From Felis catus (Eukaryota), in NCBI RefSeq assembly GCF_018350175.1, contig NC_058383.1, positions 17,238,001 to 17,302,000 of the forward strand: a DNA stretch of 64,000 bases, written 5' to 3'. Position numbers and translations under genes: made by a program. Numbering within the stretch: the stretch's first letter is position 1; each line of letters begins with the position of its first letter. The notes beneath the pieces were generated by a model, which had not been told where the DNA came from, searched no databases, and saw nothing but the letters and a program-made list of their open reading frames with translations. Shown one piece after another: positions 12,126-25,342 of this stretch.

Positions 12126-13796
12126 ACAAACTGCTTCAAGGAAGTCCAATGTCCAGGGTGTGAAATGCAGCTGAGACATAAAGATGAAAAAGAAAAGTGC
12201 CCATCAGATTTAGCAGCACAAACGTGACCTTGACAAAGGTCACTGCAGAGCCGTGGGGCATGTGGAAACCAGACTGCTGTGGCTTGAAGAAACAAAACAA
12301 AGTAACTATGGTCTCCACACCAGGAAGAGGAAGCAGTGATGGCCTTGGGCATGTGGCCAGGGAAGACAGGGAGATAGATGAGATGCACAGATCACTGAAT
12401 AGAGTATCTACCTCTAGGACATATGTCTGGACATACCCAAGAGATTTAGACAACTCGCAAAGAGGTTGGTAACTGAATTAATAGTAACCACTAAGAAAAC
12501 TAAGAAAAGAAAAAAGACGATTATTAACTATAGAGAAAACAAAAGTTACACAAGAGAGAAAAACAAATCAGAACATTAGATGGCTTGGCCATGAATAACA
12601 TGTACACCGTCATAATAGATAACAAAGTCGTCAATTTAATCAAAAATAAAGCTTTCACTGTATTGGGAGCATAGAAGAGAGGAGTGGTAAAACAGGAGAA
12701 AGCCCACCTTCCATAGCAGGAAATCCTAATAGGTCATGCCTAAAAGTTGAGTAGTCACTTTATATGGATGTTGCTTACAGTTATGAAAATAAATGCCAAA
12801 ATTAGCAAAAGTGATGGCTTGAGGTGGGGGGGGAGGGGAGGGGACCAAGGGACTGTAGCTTTTGTGACAAACCTTGTATAACCATTTGATTCTTAAGCCA
12901 AGCTTCTTCAAACATTTCTGAATGTAACTATAGTAAAAAACTGAATTTTACTTTACAATTCAGTCCATACATACAAGTATTAGGGGAGTTGTGAACCGAT
13001 GGGATCTCTAATACACTGCTGGTTAGTGTGAAAACTGATGGAACAACTTTTGAAACACAGGCTCAAACACTGCATAACTTGTCCAGCAATTCTACTTTTA
13101 GGTATTTGTCAAGGTAAATCTAGCACATACGCACCAGAAGACAAATGTAAGAATATTCATATTCACACTATCTATAATGGCTAAAAAAATCATCCAATGT
13201 CTGTGATAAGAGAATGAACAGATGTAATGTATAAATAGAATATATACAGCCAAATGAAACACCATCGAAGAATCCTAGAAACATAACGTTAAGTCAAATT
13301 ATCAGGTTCCTGGTATTGCATGGTGCTGAGTAACTGCTGATTTTGTTAGGTGTGATGATAGTAATACGATTATGTAAAAGTCTCAAAAGTTCTTAGAAAT
13401 GAGTACTGAAGTATGTATAAGTGACTGTATGTAGAAGTACAATTTTTAATTTATTTTTTAATTCAAGTGTAATTAACATACAGTGTTATATATTAGTTTC
13501 AGGCATACAATATAATGATTCAACAATTCTATACATTAGTCAGTGTTTACCACAATAAGTTTACTCTTAATCCCCTTCACCTCACCTATTTCACCCATCG
13601 CCCTACCCACAACAAGCACACTTTTTCTGACAGCTGAATTATAGCCTTTATTAAAGTTATTTTTATAAACTTGTGTCTCCTAATATGGGAAGGTAGCTTT
13701 TTACTTTAACACATGCCTTGCAAATTTACATCCCCAGTAACAAGGGCTTTGGTGAAACATAAGATTTCTAAGATTTGCTTTAAAGTATTCCAGGGA

Positions 13797-13895
13797 GGGG
13801 TGTCTGAGTGGCTCAGTCAGTTTTTTGACTTTGGCTCAGGCCTGATTTCAGGGTTCGTGAGTTCTGCGCTGACTACGGTGAACCCTGCTTGGGAT

Positions 13896-13947
<52 letters not shown>

Positions 13948-14350
13948 CCTCAAAATAAATAAATAAACCTTTTCTTTTTAGTATTCCAGGGGCGCCTGGG
14001 TGGCTCAGTTGGTTTAGTGTCTGACTTCGGCTCAGGTCATGATCTCACCACAGTCCTTGAGTTCAAGCCACATGTTGGGCTCTGTGCTGACAGCTCGGAG
14101 CCTGGAGCCTGCTTCAAATTCTGGCTCCCTCTCTCTCTGCCCCTCCCCCCATTCGTGCTCTGTCTCTCTCTGTCTCTCAAAAATAAATAAAAACATTAAA
14201 AAAAATTTTTTAAATATTCCAGGGAAAGGGTGCCTGGCTAGTTCAGTCGATAGAGCATGTGGTTCTTGATACACAGGTTGTGAGTTCGAGCCCCATGTTG
14301 GGTGTAGAGAATACTTAAAAATAAAATCTCTAAAATAAATACATAAAATA
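13797..14350 (+). mobile_element. Cluster of three tandem Can-SINEs
   Basis: Heads at ~13797, ~13989 and ~14227, each preceded by TATTCCAGGG. Confidence 0.85.
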
Positions 14351-14404
14351 TTCCGGGAAAAAGAAAGAAAAATGTGATAGGTGAAGCAAGAGTGGCAAAA
14401 TCTT

Positions 14405-14643
14405 TTTTTTTTTTTAATTTTTTTTTTTAATTTTTTTTTTCAACGTTTATTTATTTTTGGGACAGAGAGAGACAGAGCATGAACGGGGGAAGGGCAGAGA
14501 GACAGGGAGACACAGAATCAGAAACAGGCTCCAGGCTCTGAGCCATCAGCCCAGAGCCCGACGCGGGGCTCGAACTCCCGGACCGAGAGATCGTGACCTG
14601 GCTGAAGTCGGACGCTTAACCGACTGCGCCACCCAGGCGCCCC
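14405..14643 (-). mobile_element. Young felid Can-SINE with intact TSD
   Basis: CpG-rich, near-identical to the copy at 36431-36652; TSD AAGAGTGGCAAAATCTT on both sides. Confidence 0.93.
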
Positions 14644-16049
14644 AAGAGTGGCAAAATCTTGATAATTGTTGAAGTTGAGTGATGGGCATATTGAGGTTCA
14701 TGATATTCCTACTCTCTCTGTTTTGTGGGTTTAAAATTTTCACAATAAGAAAAATTTTAATAAACAAGCCAGTTCCCAGAAGACAGAATGTTTTCATGCC
14801 ACATTCATATAGCTCAAAAACAAGTCAAATGAAACTAACAACATATGTGATAATTAAAAGAAGGAGCAGGAAAAATGAAAAACAAATCCAGGTGAATTGT
14901 CACCTCTGGGGATAGGGGAGAAGTCCATTCATGAGTAAATTCTTTGAAAAAAAATCTACTTGTTGGGTTAGATACTGGATTCATGGTTGCTCAGGTTTTT
15001 CAATACATAAGTTACAGAATACAAGAGAGGCATTCATAGACCAACTGATGATAGTGTATAAATGAAGGCTTGCACATATTCCAATTCCGTGCACCTGAGG
15101 TTTAACCCAAAATAAGTACAGTATATGTTTTCTGTACCATGGATCTTACACTTCCAAAAGTGGGAGTAGTATCTCAAAAAGATTTCTGAACTAGGAATTG
15201 GGAAAGAGAGCTCCTGGCCTTTGTTCTGCCACTAACTTGCCACATTGCTTTGGAAACTAATTCCTGTGGCTAGCTCAGTTTCCTCACTTATAGAATGAGC
15301 AATTTGGCCAAACCGTTGCTGAAGCTCCTTTTAAGACAGAAAGGATGGTCAGATATTGGGCCAAGAGGCAAAACACAACAGGCTTCTCTGGCAATAGGCT
15401 TACAGCCCCTCCCCACAGCAGAGAGACCTCACCCCTCACAACCTCCCCCAGGGCCTCACTTCTCCATTCCCAGTCACCTTCCAGGACCCTCGGTCTGGCC
15501 TTCATTTTTCCCTGGTTCCTCTCTCTTGTAGAACAAGTGCTGAGTCCATTTCCTGATGTTCCCAAACCCAACATCTGCCCCTTCAACCTCCCTTCCCCCT
15601 CCCCCTTCCTACTTCCCACCCAGAAACCCAGACACCCTGGCCTAGCCTCTAATTATTCTTGGGAAATCCATTCAGCCTTCAGTAACTGTAGAACCAGGGC
15701 AAGGCCTGGTGGCTCACAAAGCCACCTACACACCACCTTCCCCAGGCCCAGATGTTTGTTCCCAGGTGCAGGCAGGGTCAGAGTGTAACTTGGCCTCACA
15801 GCAGGGGTGACTCAGCCTGAAACAGGAAATACTCAGGGAACCTGCTTTGCTACTGTGTTCCTCCCAAGCCAGTTTCATGTGTCCTCCTGCCCCTCTCCTG
15901 TCTTGCTCACATCCAGGAACTGAGCCCACATCCAGCCCTTTCACTGCCTCCATCTTTTTCGGGAGCCTCCAAGCACAGAGACTCTAAGCTAATCAGAGTT
16001 GGAGGGTGTGACTGATGCTGGCTGCTGGCTGGGGCCTCACACTTCTCTG

Positions 16050-16442
16050 TGCTCCAGAACTTGTCACCACCATAGCTGCTTCTCCCTGCCTGAGGACTCT
16101 CTCCAAAGGCTCAGAAAATGACCTGCCCTTGTGAAAAGCAGGCTGGAAGTGCAAGGGAATTATCACCCCTTGGGGGCACCCTCCACCAGGACTGACAGGA
16201 GTCAGTGTCTAAGTGCCCAAATTCTTTAACCCCATGTGGGATGAGGGGAGTGCTTTTCCCTGTTTCTCAGCAGGAGGGAGCGCCCCTCCCCACAGTACTA
16301 ACCTGCTTCATAATGCACCTTCCCTGGCTCCCTGGATGGCTTCCCCACAACCCTTGGGTGTTTCCTGAACTTCATAAATAAGTCTGTTTTCACTAAGATC
16401 TTTGCCTTAAGGTCCACTTCTGGGGGAACCCAATGAAGACAG
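16050..16442 (+). mobile_element. ERVL LTR16-like solo LTR
   Basis: GGCTGGAAGTGCAAGGGAATTA motif; ends CTTCTGGGGGAACCCAATGAAGACA. Confidence 0.55.
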
Positions 16443-18989
16443 TTGGATCTCAGAGAATTCTCTAGGCCAGCGCTTTCCCACTACAGATGAGACTGAGACC
16501 CGGAGAGGAAAGATGACCTGTTCCCCCAACACATAGTCATCACCATGGACTTTCCACCCACATGGCCACCTCTACTTGAAAGAGAACTTGCCAAAATATT
16601 TCAAATCCTTTAAGTAGTGTTTTCCAGATTTCACTTATTCACATACTACCTTCACAGTTTTTGCCACAAGCCACATGTCCTCTTTATCCTTGTCATACCC
16701 ACATTACCACCAGTACTATTTAATTAATATACTTTTTAATTTATTTTTTCATACTTTTTTAATGTTATTTAAATCCAAATTATTTAACATATAGTGTAAT
16801 AATGGTTTTAGGAATAGAATTTAGTGATTCATCACTTACATATAATACCCAGAGCTCATCCCAAGTGCCCTCCTTAGTACCTATCACCCATTTAGCCCAT
16901 CCCCCACCCACCTTCTTACTTTTAATTTATTTTTTTATTCAAGTATAAATAACATATAGTATTACATTAGTGTCAAGAGTACAATATAATGATTCAACAA
17001 TTCTATACATTACTCAGTGCTCATCATGATAAATGTAAATTAATACATTTTAATAGACTCATTTTTACTTAAATTCCCTTTTTCTATGTTAATTTCTGTT
17101 TTTAAACAAAAATTATATTTTTAGTACATAATATATTCATATCATTCAAGATTCAAAAGGTACAATAATGTACACAGTGAAAAGTTTCCCTCCCAGTCCT
17201 CCCAAAACCATAGTACCAGTTTCTTATATCTCCTTCCCAAGAAAATCTTGGACTATACAAGTGTGCATATGTGTATTTTCTCTAATACATGTTTTTTTAA
17301 CATTGTATTTTTTAAGTTCATTTATTTATTTTGAACAAGAGAGAGAGAAAGAAAGAGAGAGCAGGTGCATGCAAGCAGGAGAGAGGCAAAGAGAAAGGAA
17401 GAGAGAGAATCCCAAGCAGGTTCCATGCTGTCAGCACAGAGCCCAACTCAGGGTTCCCTCTCACAAACTGTGAGATCATGACTTGAGCCAAAATCAAGAG
17501 TCAAATGCTTAACCGACTGAACCACCCAGGCACCCCTAAGATTTTATTTTTAAGTAATCTTCCTACACCCAACATGGGGCTCGAACTCAACAACCCTGGG
17601 ATCAAGAATCACATGCTCTACAGACTGAGCCAGCCAGGTACCCCTCTAATACATATATTTTAGAAGTTAATGTTATATCAAAACTATAACTAAAAACCAG
17701 TATCACTTGTTTAAGAATAGAAGGTAATGGTAAAACATAAATATACTAAATACAAAAAAATTTAAATTCCTAGAAGATTTTGCTTTTAAAGGGTCTGAGC
17801 CTAAGATGTGTTCTTTCTGTTACAAAAATGAGTGTCAGAGAAGTGCTAAGGTGTAAGAGAGTGTCAGAGAGGTGCTAAATCCCAAATGGAGACTTTCTTC
17901 TGACCTGAATCAGCAGGATTATGGAAGCACCAAAAAGAAAATAACATTCTCATGTGTCAGTCACTGATAAATGCCAAGTTTGTCCCAGTAAAACCAACTT
18001 ATAATTGGTAGACCATCCCTACCAGAGACAGAACTTACTTCATATCCTTGAGCAGTAAACCAGCTCTGAGTTCGAATCAGCTTTGCCACTTGCTGTGTTA
18101 CCTTCTCTATCAGTATCTTCATTGGTTTGAAAGAGAAAACAACACTGATAGTCCCCACCTAACAAACAACGCTCCTAAGAGAGCAGTCCCATCGTTCTCT
18201 CTCTGAGCCCTCATTCCTCCACCTCGTAGACATTCAGATGGCACCTGCTCACTAACAAAAATGGGGAGACTGCAGAGAAATAAAAAGAAGAAAAATCAGA
18301 GGCACCTGGGTGGCTTAGTCGGTTGAGCGTCCAACTTCAGCTTAGGTCATGATCTCATGGTGAGTTTGAGCCCCACGTCATCTCTGTGTTGACAGCTCAG
18401 AGCCTGGAGCCTGCTTCAGATTCTGTGTCTCCCTCTCTCTGTCCCTCCCCCTCTCACACTCTGTCTGTCTCAATTAAAAAATAAATAAACATTAAAATAA
18501 ATAAATAAATAATAAAAAGAAAAAGAAGAAGAACTAAATCACCAAGAATGTTTTGGTATTTCTTTCATCTTTTTGTTTGTTTGTTTGTTTGTTTGTTTTT
18601 CAGAGAAATTTTTTCTCATAATTGCAACCATGGTGGTTACGTAGTTTGATACAATGTTTTATTTCTCATTGCTCACTCGTAACATGAATATTTCCCATTT
18701 CATTAAAAACTCCTCACTATTATATCTCACAAAGTTTCACAATTATTTGAAGGAAACGGAAATATATTTACACCATGGAGCTGTTTCTATTCAGCCAGGC
18801 TTTGGGCAACTAAGCAAGAGGTGTTTCCTAGTTCTTGTCCTTTCCTAAAAGGGCCAGCTCCACCCAGCCTTGCTAAATTCTCTACTCAGCATCTCCTCTC
18901 AGGAAAAAGCTAGAAAAACAATAGCAACAACTTAGATTGTCTATGATGACCTTCAATTTTACTAACACAGTATTCCTTCTGAGAATCTC

Positions 18990-20554
18990 TTTTTTTTTTA
19001 TTGTTAAAATGTCATTTATTCAAAACTGGTTTATAGATTTAAAGTAATCTCAGTTAAGATGCCAGTATTTTTTTTTAACTGGCATGCTGATTCTTTTTTT
19101 TTAACTTTTTTATTTTTTTATTTTTTATTTTTTTAATTTAATTTAATTTTATTTTATTTTTCCAATATATGAAATTTATTGTCAAATTGGTTTCCATACA
19201 ACACCCAGTGCTCATCCCAAAAGGTGCCCTCCTCAATACCCATCACTCACCCTCCCCTCCCTCCCACCCCCCATCAACCCTCAGTTTGTTCTCAGTTTTT
19301 AACAGTCTCTTATGCTTTGGCTCTCTCCCACTCTAACCTCTTTTTTTTTTTCCTTCCCCTCCCCCATGGGTTTCTGTTAAGTTTCTCAGAATCCACATAA
19401 GAGTGAAACCATATGGTATCTGTCTTTCTCTGTATGGCTTATTTCACTTAGCATCACACTCTCCAGTTCCATCCACGTTGCTACAAAGGGCCATATTTCA
19501 TTCTTTCTCATTGCCATGTAGTACTCCATTGTATATATAAACCACAATTTCTTTCTCCATTCATCAGTTGATGGACATTTAGGCTCTTTCCACAATTTGG
19601 CTATTGTTGAGAGTGCTGCTATCAACCTTGGGGTACAAGTGCCCCTATGCATCAGTACTCCATAGGGAGTACACCCTTGGGTACATTCCTAGCAGTGCTA
19701 TTGCTGGGTCATAGGGTAGATCTATTTTTAATTTTCTGAGGAACCTCCACACTGTTTTCCAGAGTGGCTTCACCAGTTTGCATTCCCACCAACAGTGCAA
19801 GAGGGGTCCCCCGTTTCTCCACATCCTCTCCAGCATCTATAGTCTCCTGATTTGTTCATTTTAGCCACTCTGACTGGCGTGAGGTGATATCTGAGTGTGG
19901 TTTTGATTTGTATTTCCCTGATGAGGAGCGACGTTGAGCATCTTTTCATGTGCCTGTTGGCCACCCGGATGTCTTCTTTAGAGAAATGTCTATTCATGGT
20001 TTCTGCCCATTTCTTCACTGGGTCATTTGTTTTTCGGGTGGGGAGTTTGGTGAGCTCTTTATAGATTTTGGATACTAGCCCTTTGTCCGATATGTCATTT
20101 GCAAATATCTTTTCCCATTCTGTTAGGTGCCTTTTAGTTTTGTTGGTTGTTTCCTTTGCTGTGCAGAAGCTTTTTATCTTCATAAGGTCCCAGTAATTCA
20201 CTTTTGCTTTTAATTCCCTTGCCTTTGGGGATGTGTCGAGTAAGAGATTGCTACGGCTGAGGTCAGAGAGGTCTTTTCCTGCTTTCTCCTCTAGGGTTTT
20301 GATGGTTTCCTCTCACATTCAGGTCCTTTATCCATTTTGAGTTTATTTTTGTGAATGGTGTCAGAAAGTGGTCTAGTTTCAACCTTCTGCATGTTGCTGT
20401 CCAGTTCTCCCAGCACCATTTGTTAAAGAGACTGTCTTTTTTTCCATTGGATGTTCTTTCCTGCTTTGTCAAAGATTAGTTGGCCATACGTTTGTGGGTC
20501 TAGTTCTGGGGTTTCTATTCTATTCCATTGGTCTATGTGTCTGTTTTTGTGCCA
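18990..20554 (-). mobile_element. 5'-truncated felid L1 with 3' transduction
   Basis: ORF2 fragments at 19386-20553, 3' UTR, tail 19094-19161, extra segment 19000-19093, second tail 18990-18999; TSD TCTGAGAATCTC at 18978-18989 and 20555-20566. Confidence 0.93.
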
Positions 20555-20890
20555 TCTGAGAATCTCAAAGTACCTATCACATCCTCCTGGCAAATTCTTC
20601 AGAATTCTTTTAAGATGGGGATTAAATAATGGCTGTGTAGGAGACCATGCCAAAAGAGGCCACAGTTTGGAAGGAACAGACTAGGGCTTCAGGCTTGGCA
20701 GCATGATTCAATTACCATTGGGAACTACTGAGAGCTTCAGTTTTCTCACAATGGAGACATAATTCCAGCCCTCCAAGAGGATCAGATAACATTATAGATT
20801 TGAAAGCACTCTGTAATTAAATTACTAAATTTAATAAATTAAACTAATAAATTCTAAAGCACTCCCTTTGTAACAAAAATTAGGAATTGA

Positions 20891-21343
20891 GGGGCACCTG
20901 GGTGGCTCAGTCGGTTAGGCATCCGACTTCAGCTCAGGTCATGATCTCATGGTCCTTGAGTTCAAGCCCCACGTCGGGCTCTGTGCTGACAGCTCAGAGC
21001 CTGGAGCCTGCTTCAGATTCTGTGTCTCCCTCTCTCTGCCCCTCCCCTGCTCGTGCTCTGTCTCTCTGTCTCAAAAATAAATAAAAACATTTAAAAAAAA
21101 TTAGGAATTGAGATGCTCTAAATAAGTTAGGCTTCAAAGTTCAAACTCTAGTGAGAAATATTTTAGGTACAAGGGGGCACCTGGGTGGCTCAGTCGGTTA
21201 AGCATCTGACTTTACCTGCAGTCATGATCTAACGGTTGGTGAGGTCGAGCCCCACATCGGGCTCTCTACTGTCAACACACAGCCCACTTCGGATCATCTG
21301 CCCCCCTCTCTCCCTGTCCCTCCTCTGCTTGTGCCTTTGCTCG

Positions 21344-21374
<31 letters not shown>

Positions 21375-21640
21375 AAATATAAACAAACATTAAAAAAAGA
21401 AAGAAATAGGGGCGCCTGGGTGGCGCAGTCGGTTAAGCGTCCGACTTCAGCCAGGTCACGATCTCGCGGTCCGTGAGTTCGAGCCCCGTCAGGCTCTGTG
21501 CTGACAGCTCGGAGCCTGGAGCCTGTTTCCGATTCTGTGTCTCCCTCTCTCTCTGCCCCTCCCCCGTTCATGCTCTGTCTCTCTCTGTCCCAGAAATAAA
21601 TAAACGTTGAAAAAAAATTAAAAAAAAAAGAAAGAAATAT
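20891..21640 (+). mobile_element. Three Can-SINEs (20891-21100, 21174-21405, young nested copy 21408-21635)
   Basis: Repeated GGGGC(A/G)CCTGGGTGGC heads, CT tracts and A tails; TSDs AAAATTAGGAATTGAG and AGAAATATTTTAGGTACAAGG. Confidence 0.88.
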
Positions 21641-21831
21641 TTTAGGTACAAGGAATCTTTCTACCGGGCAGAGTGGTAGAGCACATGTTGGGAAGCTCAA
21701 AATTCATAAGCCTTGACCCAAGAGAAGAACTCATAGAACAGAGAGAAGCATGTGTCATCATTCAGGCACTTAGAGGGCACAAAAATGCCCTGTTCAGATG
21801 ACACTTAGGCCACAGATTTTTAAACTTTTCC

Positions 21832-21862
<31 letters not shown>

Positions 21863-23339
21863 CAAGAAAAGGGGCACCTGGGTGGCTCAGTCATTTGAGT
21901 GTCCAACTCTTGATATTAGCTCAGGTCATGATCTCACAGATTATGAGTTTGAGTCCCATGTTAGGCTCTGCACTGACAGCATGGAGTCTGCTTAGGATTC
22001 TCTGTCTCCTTCTCTATCTGCCTCTCTCCTCTCAAAAATAAATAAATAAATAAACATTAAAACACACGCACACACATACACACACACACACACACACGAA
22101 AAAGAACTCCATAAAGTTAAAGGATAAGCTGTCAGATTAGGAGACAATACTTACTATACATGTCTGTAGTAGACAAAGTATAAATATGCAGAATACGTAA
22201 AAAGTCACTATAACTCATTAATAAAAATAAGCAAGTGATATGAACAGGCAATGTTTTAAATTTATTTATTTTGAGAGAGAGAGAGAGAGCACAAGTTGGG
22301 GGGGGGGGGTGGCAAAGAGAGAGGGAGACAGTGAATCCCAAGCAGGCTCCACAGGATCAGGGCAAAGCCCGATGTGAGGCTCCAACTCATTAACTGCAAG
22401 ATCATGACCTGAGCTGAAATCAAGAGTTGGACGTTTAACTGAGCCACCCAGGCACCCTGAATAGGCAATTTGTAAGAGAAACTATAACTGGTCAATAAGT
22501 GGATATAATGAGAAATATGTAAATTAGAGTAAAAGAAAAACGGGATACTATTTATCTATTTCCCATCACATTGGCAAAAAAGAAAAAGAATTTGAGTTTG
22601 AGAATATTGAGTGCTGGAGAAAATTTAGGGAAACTATATCTCACATGATGCTGTTTAGAGTGTAAATTAGTACAGTTTTTGTTTAAAGCCCCAAAGCTAA
22701 GGACAGCATGTGTTTGAAACACTGCCCCACATTCTAAAAATAGCTGCAGACATGGGGCACCTGGGTGACTCAGTCAGTTGAGCATCTGACTCTTGATTTC
22801 AGCTCAGGTCATGATCCTAAGGTCATGGGATCGAGCCCCAAATTGGTCTCCGTGCTGAGTATGGAGCCTGCTAAAGATTCTCTCTCTCTCTCTGCCCTTC
22901 TCCCCTGTTTGTGCTCTCATTCTCTCTAAAATTAAAAAAAAATGTCATATTCATGTAGAATATAACATCATTTATATAGAAAGAATAGCATAATACTGTA
23001 TATTTTCTGTGAAACATATATATGTACAGGAAATCCTGGAAAACTACTCACCAAATTGACAACAGACATTATTTCTAATGAGGGAGGAAGAGAAGTAATT
23101 AGGAATGGGGAGGGGAGGGGAACATGGTTGAAGAAATTTCCCCTTGTCTGTAAGATACTCTTAAGTATATTTGTGCATTATTTTTTTTAATTTTTAAAAA
23201 TAATTTTAAGAATTCACATCCCTGAGGATCTAGATCCCAACAGCCAGTACAAATGCAAAAGTTTGTGAATATCTTATTTAATCTCAAAAATTCATGTCAA
23301 TTCTGTACTCCATAATATGTTTTATTTGAAAAACTTAAC

Positions 23340-23630
23340 AGGTGAGCATAGGGGAAGGGAAGGAAAAATAAGATAAAAACAGAGAGGGGGGCAAAACATA
23401 AAAGACTCTTAAATACAGAGGACAAACTGAGGGTTGATGGTGGAGAATTGGATGATGGGCATTAAGGAGGGCACTTCTTGGGTGCTGGCTTTGGCAGCAC
23501 ATATACTAAAAAAAAAAAAAAGGAGGGTACTTTTTGGGATGAGCACTGGGTGTTGTATGTAAGTGATGCATCACTGGATCCTATTCCTGAAGCCAAGACT
23601 ATACTGTATGTTAACTAACTTGAGAATAGA
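23340..23630 (+). mobile_element. Carnivore L1 3' UTR fragment interrupted by the U6 retrocopy
   Basis: AAGACTCTTAAATACAGAGGACAAACTGAGGGTTGATGG...GATGAGCACTGGGTGTTGTATGTAAGTGATG...TATGTTAACTAACTTGA resembles the other L1 3' ends in this window. Confidence 0.85.
23482..23519 (+). pseudogene. RNU6: 3'-truncated U6 snRNA retrocopy (first ~30 nt plus A tail)
   Basis: GTGCTGGCTTTGGCAGCACATATACTAAAA versus U6 5' end GTGCTCGCTTCGGCAGCACATATACTAAAA (2 mismatches, both at CpG); flanked by 18-bp TSD at 23464-23481 and 23520-23537. Confidence 0.88.
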
Positions 23631-23887
23631 AGTATATATATGTTTGTTTTAATACAAACCTGATGTCTGCAATGTTTACTTATTGGTTAAATTACACAAC
23701 TTTCTCACCACCACCATACCAAGAATAATAATAATCTTGGCGCACCTGGGTGGCTTAGGCGATTAAGCGTCTGACTTCGGCTCAGGTCACGATCTCACCA
23801 TCCGTGAGTTCAAGCCCTGTGTCAGGCTCTGTGCTGACAGCTGAGAGCCTGGAGCCTACTTCAGATTGTGTCTCCCTCTCTCTCTGC

Positions 23888-23947
<60 letters not shown>

Positions 23948-25342
23948 AATAAATAAACATTTTTTTTAAAAAAAGAATAATAATCTTGGTGTAAAGTTGA
24001 TACTCCAAGATTCATCATGTACCTGTGGATTTGGGTCTTTCATGGTATATCATCATGTTCCCAGGGGTTACTTGAACTTCGGGGAAAGAGGCAACAGAGC
24101 CTGGTCAGGCATTTGTCATTGTGAAGCCTAGTGCTGTGAGGACACATATCAAGTAACAAGCTCTTGATAAAGGGTTTTGCTTGCAGTCTAGCATGGCCTT
24201 GACGGGTGCCAGTTTGTTCTTGTACACAAGAAGTCACGAGGCTCAGGAAACCTCTCAGCAGCCAGTTGCTCTGGATTTCCAGAGTCTCCATGAGCGGGGA
24301 GTACTAAAGGAGAAGATTCTGATCTTTTGAGACACAAGTACGGGGGGGACCCAGTTCTGGTTTCCCATTTTACCTTCCAACATCACCAGGGAGATTCTGG
24401 ATGGGTCAGGTGGCCACCACTCAAAAAGGAACGTTCTAACTAGGCAAAGTTTCCCACAAACTTGCCCCATCATGACAGCCTTTGCCTCGGGGACCCCCTC
24501 TCTCACTCAGGCAGCCACAGACCATGTCACAAGGTCACTTCCCTCAATGCACAAGCTCAAGCCAGGGTAACTTTATGTAGAAGGAACCTGTGGAGGGTGT
24601 GAAAAGAAATTTTCCTGATAGAACTCCAACAAAGGGGAGCAAAGACTGAGGGCAGCAGCTGAAGAGCTGTGACAGCCATCCCATAGGCTGTTCCCGGCAG
24701 TAACAGAGCATGGCAGGGACACAAAGGCAGGCCCCTTCTGAGCACACGCAGCCTCCTTGCACAGGTAGCTTGTAGAGCAACCCCCACAACTACTGAGGAC
24801 ACTGCCACCCAACCTTCCTGCTGTCTCTCCTTCACTCAGGGTCAGACTGGCATCACAATCTGACAGCCCCATTTGCTCCCACATGGGCATCTTCCTTCAT
24901 AAAATCCTTGCACATTTAATGCTGTCTTGACATCTGTTTCTCAAAGTACCCAATTCCTCAGAAAGTGGCTTTGGGCTCTTGGACATCACCAGCTCATGAC
25001 AGGGAGTGCAATGGAATGCACCTTGCAAAGACGTGCTGAGGTCAAGAGAGGATAGGAGAAGGTGGTTTGGGGGAAATTCCTGTAGGGTGAGTGAGAGGCA
25101 AAAGGCATTCCTAACAGATAGTTGTGTGCTTTGGTGCTGCAGGGACCCCAGGAGTTCAGTAGGGCCAGAGTGAAGATGTATGCAGGAAAGTGGCACAAGA
25201 TGAGGCTGGAGAATAGCAGGGTATCTCAGATGCAGGGCCAAATATCTAGGGCTTTTTCTTGCAGGCAGCAAGGAGTTTTTGAAAGTTTTGAGCAACTGGA
25301 TCATAGGACAACATGTGTGTTTTTAGAAAGATTAAATGGGTC

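Noticed and set aside
17830..17878. Short direct repeats with spacers resembling a CRISPR unit
   Set aside because: Only two copies, eukaryotic context and no cas genes.
20891..20960. tRNA-like A/B-box sequences
   Set aside because: These are tRNA-derived Can-SINE heads, not tRNA genes.
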